DNA from: Octopus bimaculoides
Taxonomy: Eukaryota
DNA length: 64,000 nucleotides
Direction of reading: 5' to 3'
Assembly: GCF_001194135.2 (NCBI RefSeq)
Contig: NC_068993.1
Coordinates: 57,136,968 to 57,200,967 of the forward strand
The position numbers and the translations under genes are program-made. The notes under the pieces were generated by a model that made no database searches, was not told the DNA's origin, and was given only the letters and a program-made list of their open reading frames with translations. This document shows positions 63,926 through 64,000 of the stretch, piece by piece; position 1 is the stretch's first letter, and the number at the start of each line of letters is the position of its first letter.

Positions 63926-64000
63926 TCATCTGAACATTGTTGTGACTGCTACATTGAATTTATATTGTGTTGTTATGTTTCAATATTGTATCAATTCTAT

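Overview
AT-rich, gap-ridden eukaryotic scaffold: 20 N-gaps totalling about 5.3 kb, most flanked by (TA)n, (CA)n or (GA)n. The microsatellite load and the repeat families resemble an octopus (coleoid cephalopod) genome; this is inference from recall, not a database result. No host protein-coding gene can be called with confidence, and most track ORFs are artefacts of microsatellites or N-runs. The window is dominated by tRNA-derived SINEs (labelled A-D here only; more than 20 copies of family B) and by decayed transposon relics recognised from translated motifs: a hAT (Buster/Charlie-like) transposase, two mariner/Tc1 pieces and a mariner MITE, RTE 3' ends, a Tx1/L1 ORF2 piece and a ~3 kb R4/Dong-like element. 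The most interesting signals are: (1) a Pol III-headed element ending in a Penelope-type minimal hammerhead ribozyme, with an inverted copy of its own 3' end, plus two more decayed hammerhead cores; (2) two short inserts each flanked by direct repeats over 100 bp (113 bp and 142 bp), one insert copied from sequence 4.5 kb upstream; (3) a SINE with a twin-priming-like 5' inversion; (4) a 21/24-nt minisatellite open on both strands with a 240-bp higher-order repeat; (5) a degenerate ~400-bp array; (6) three low-confidence candidate minus-strand exons at 28-30 kb.
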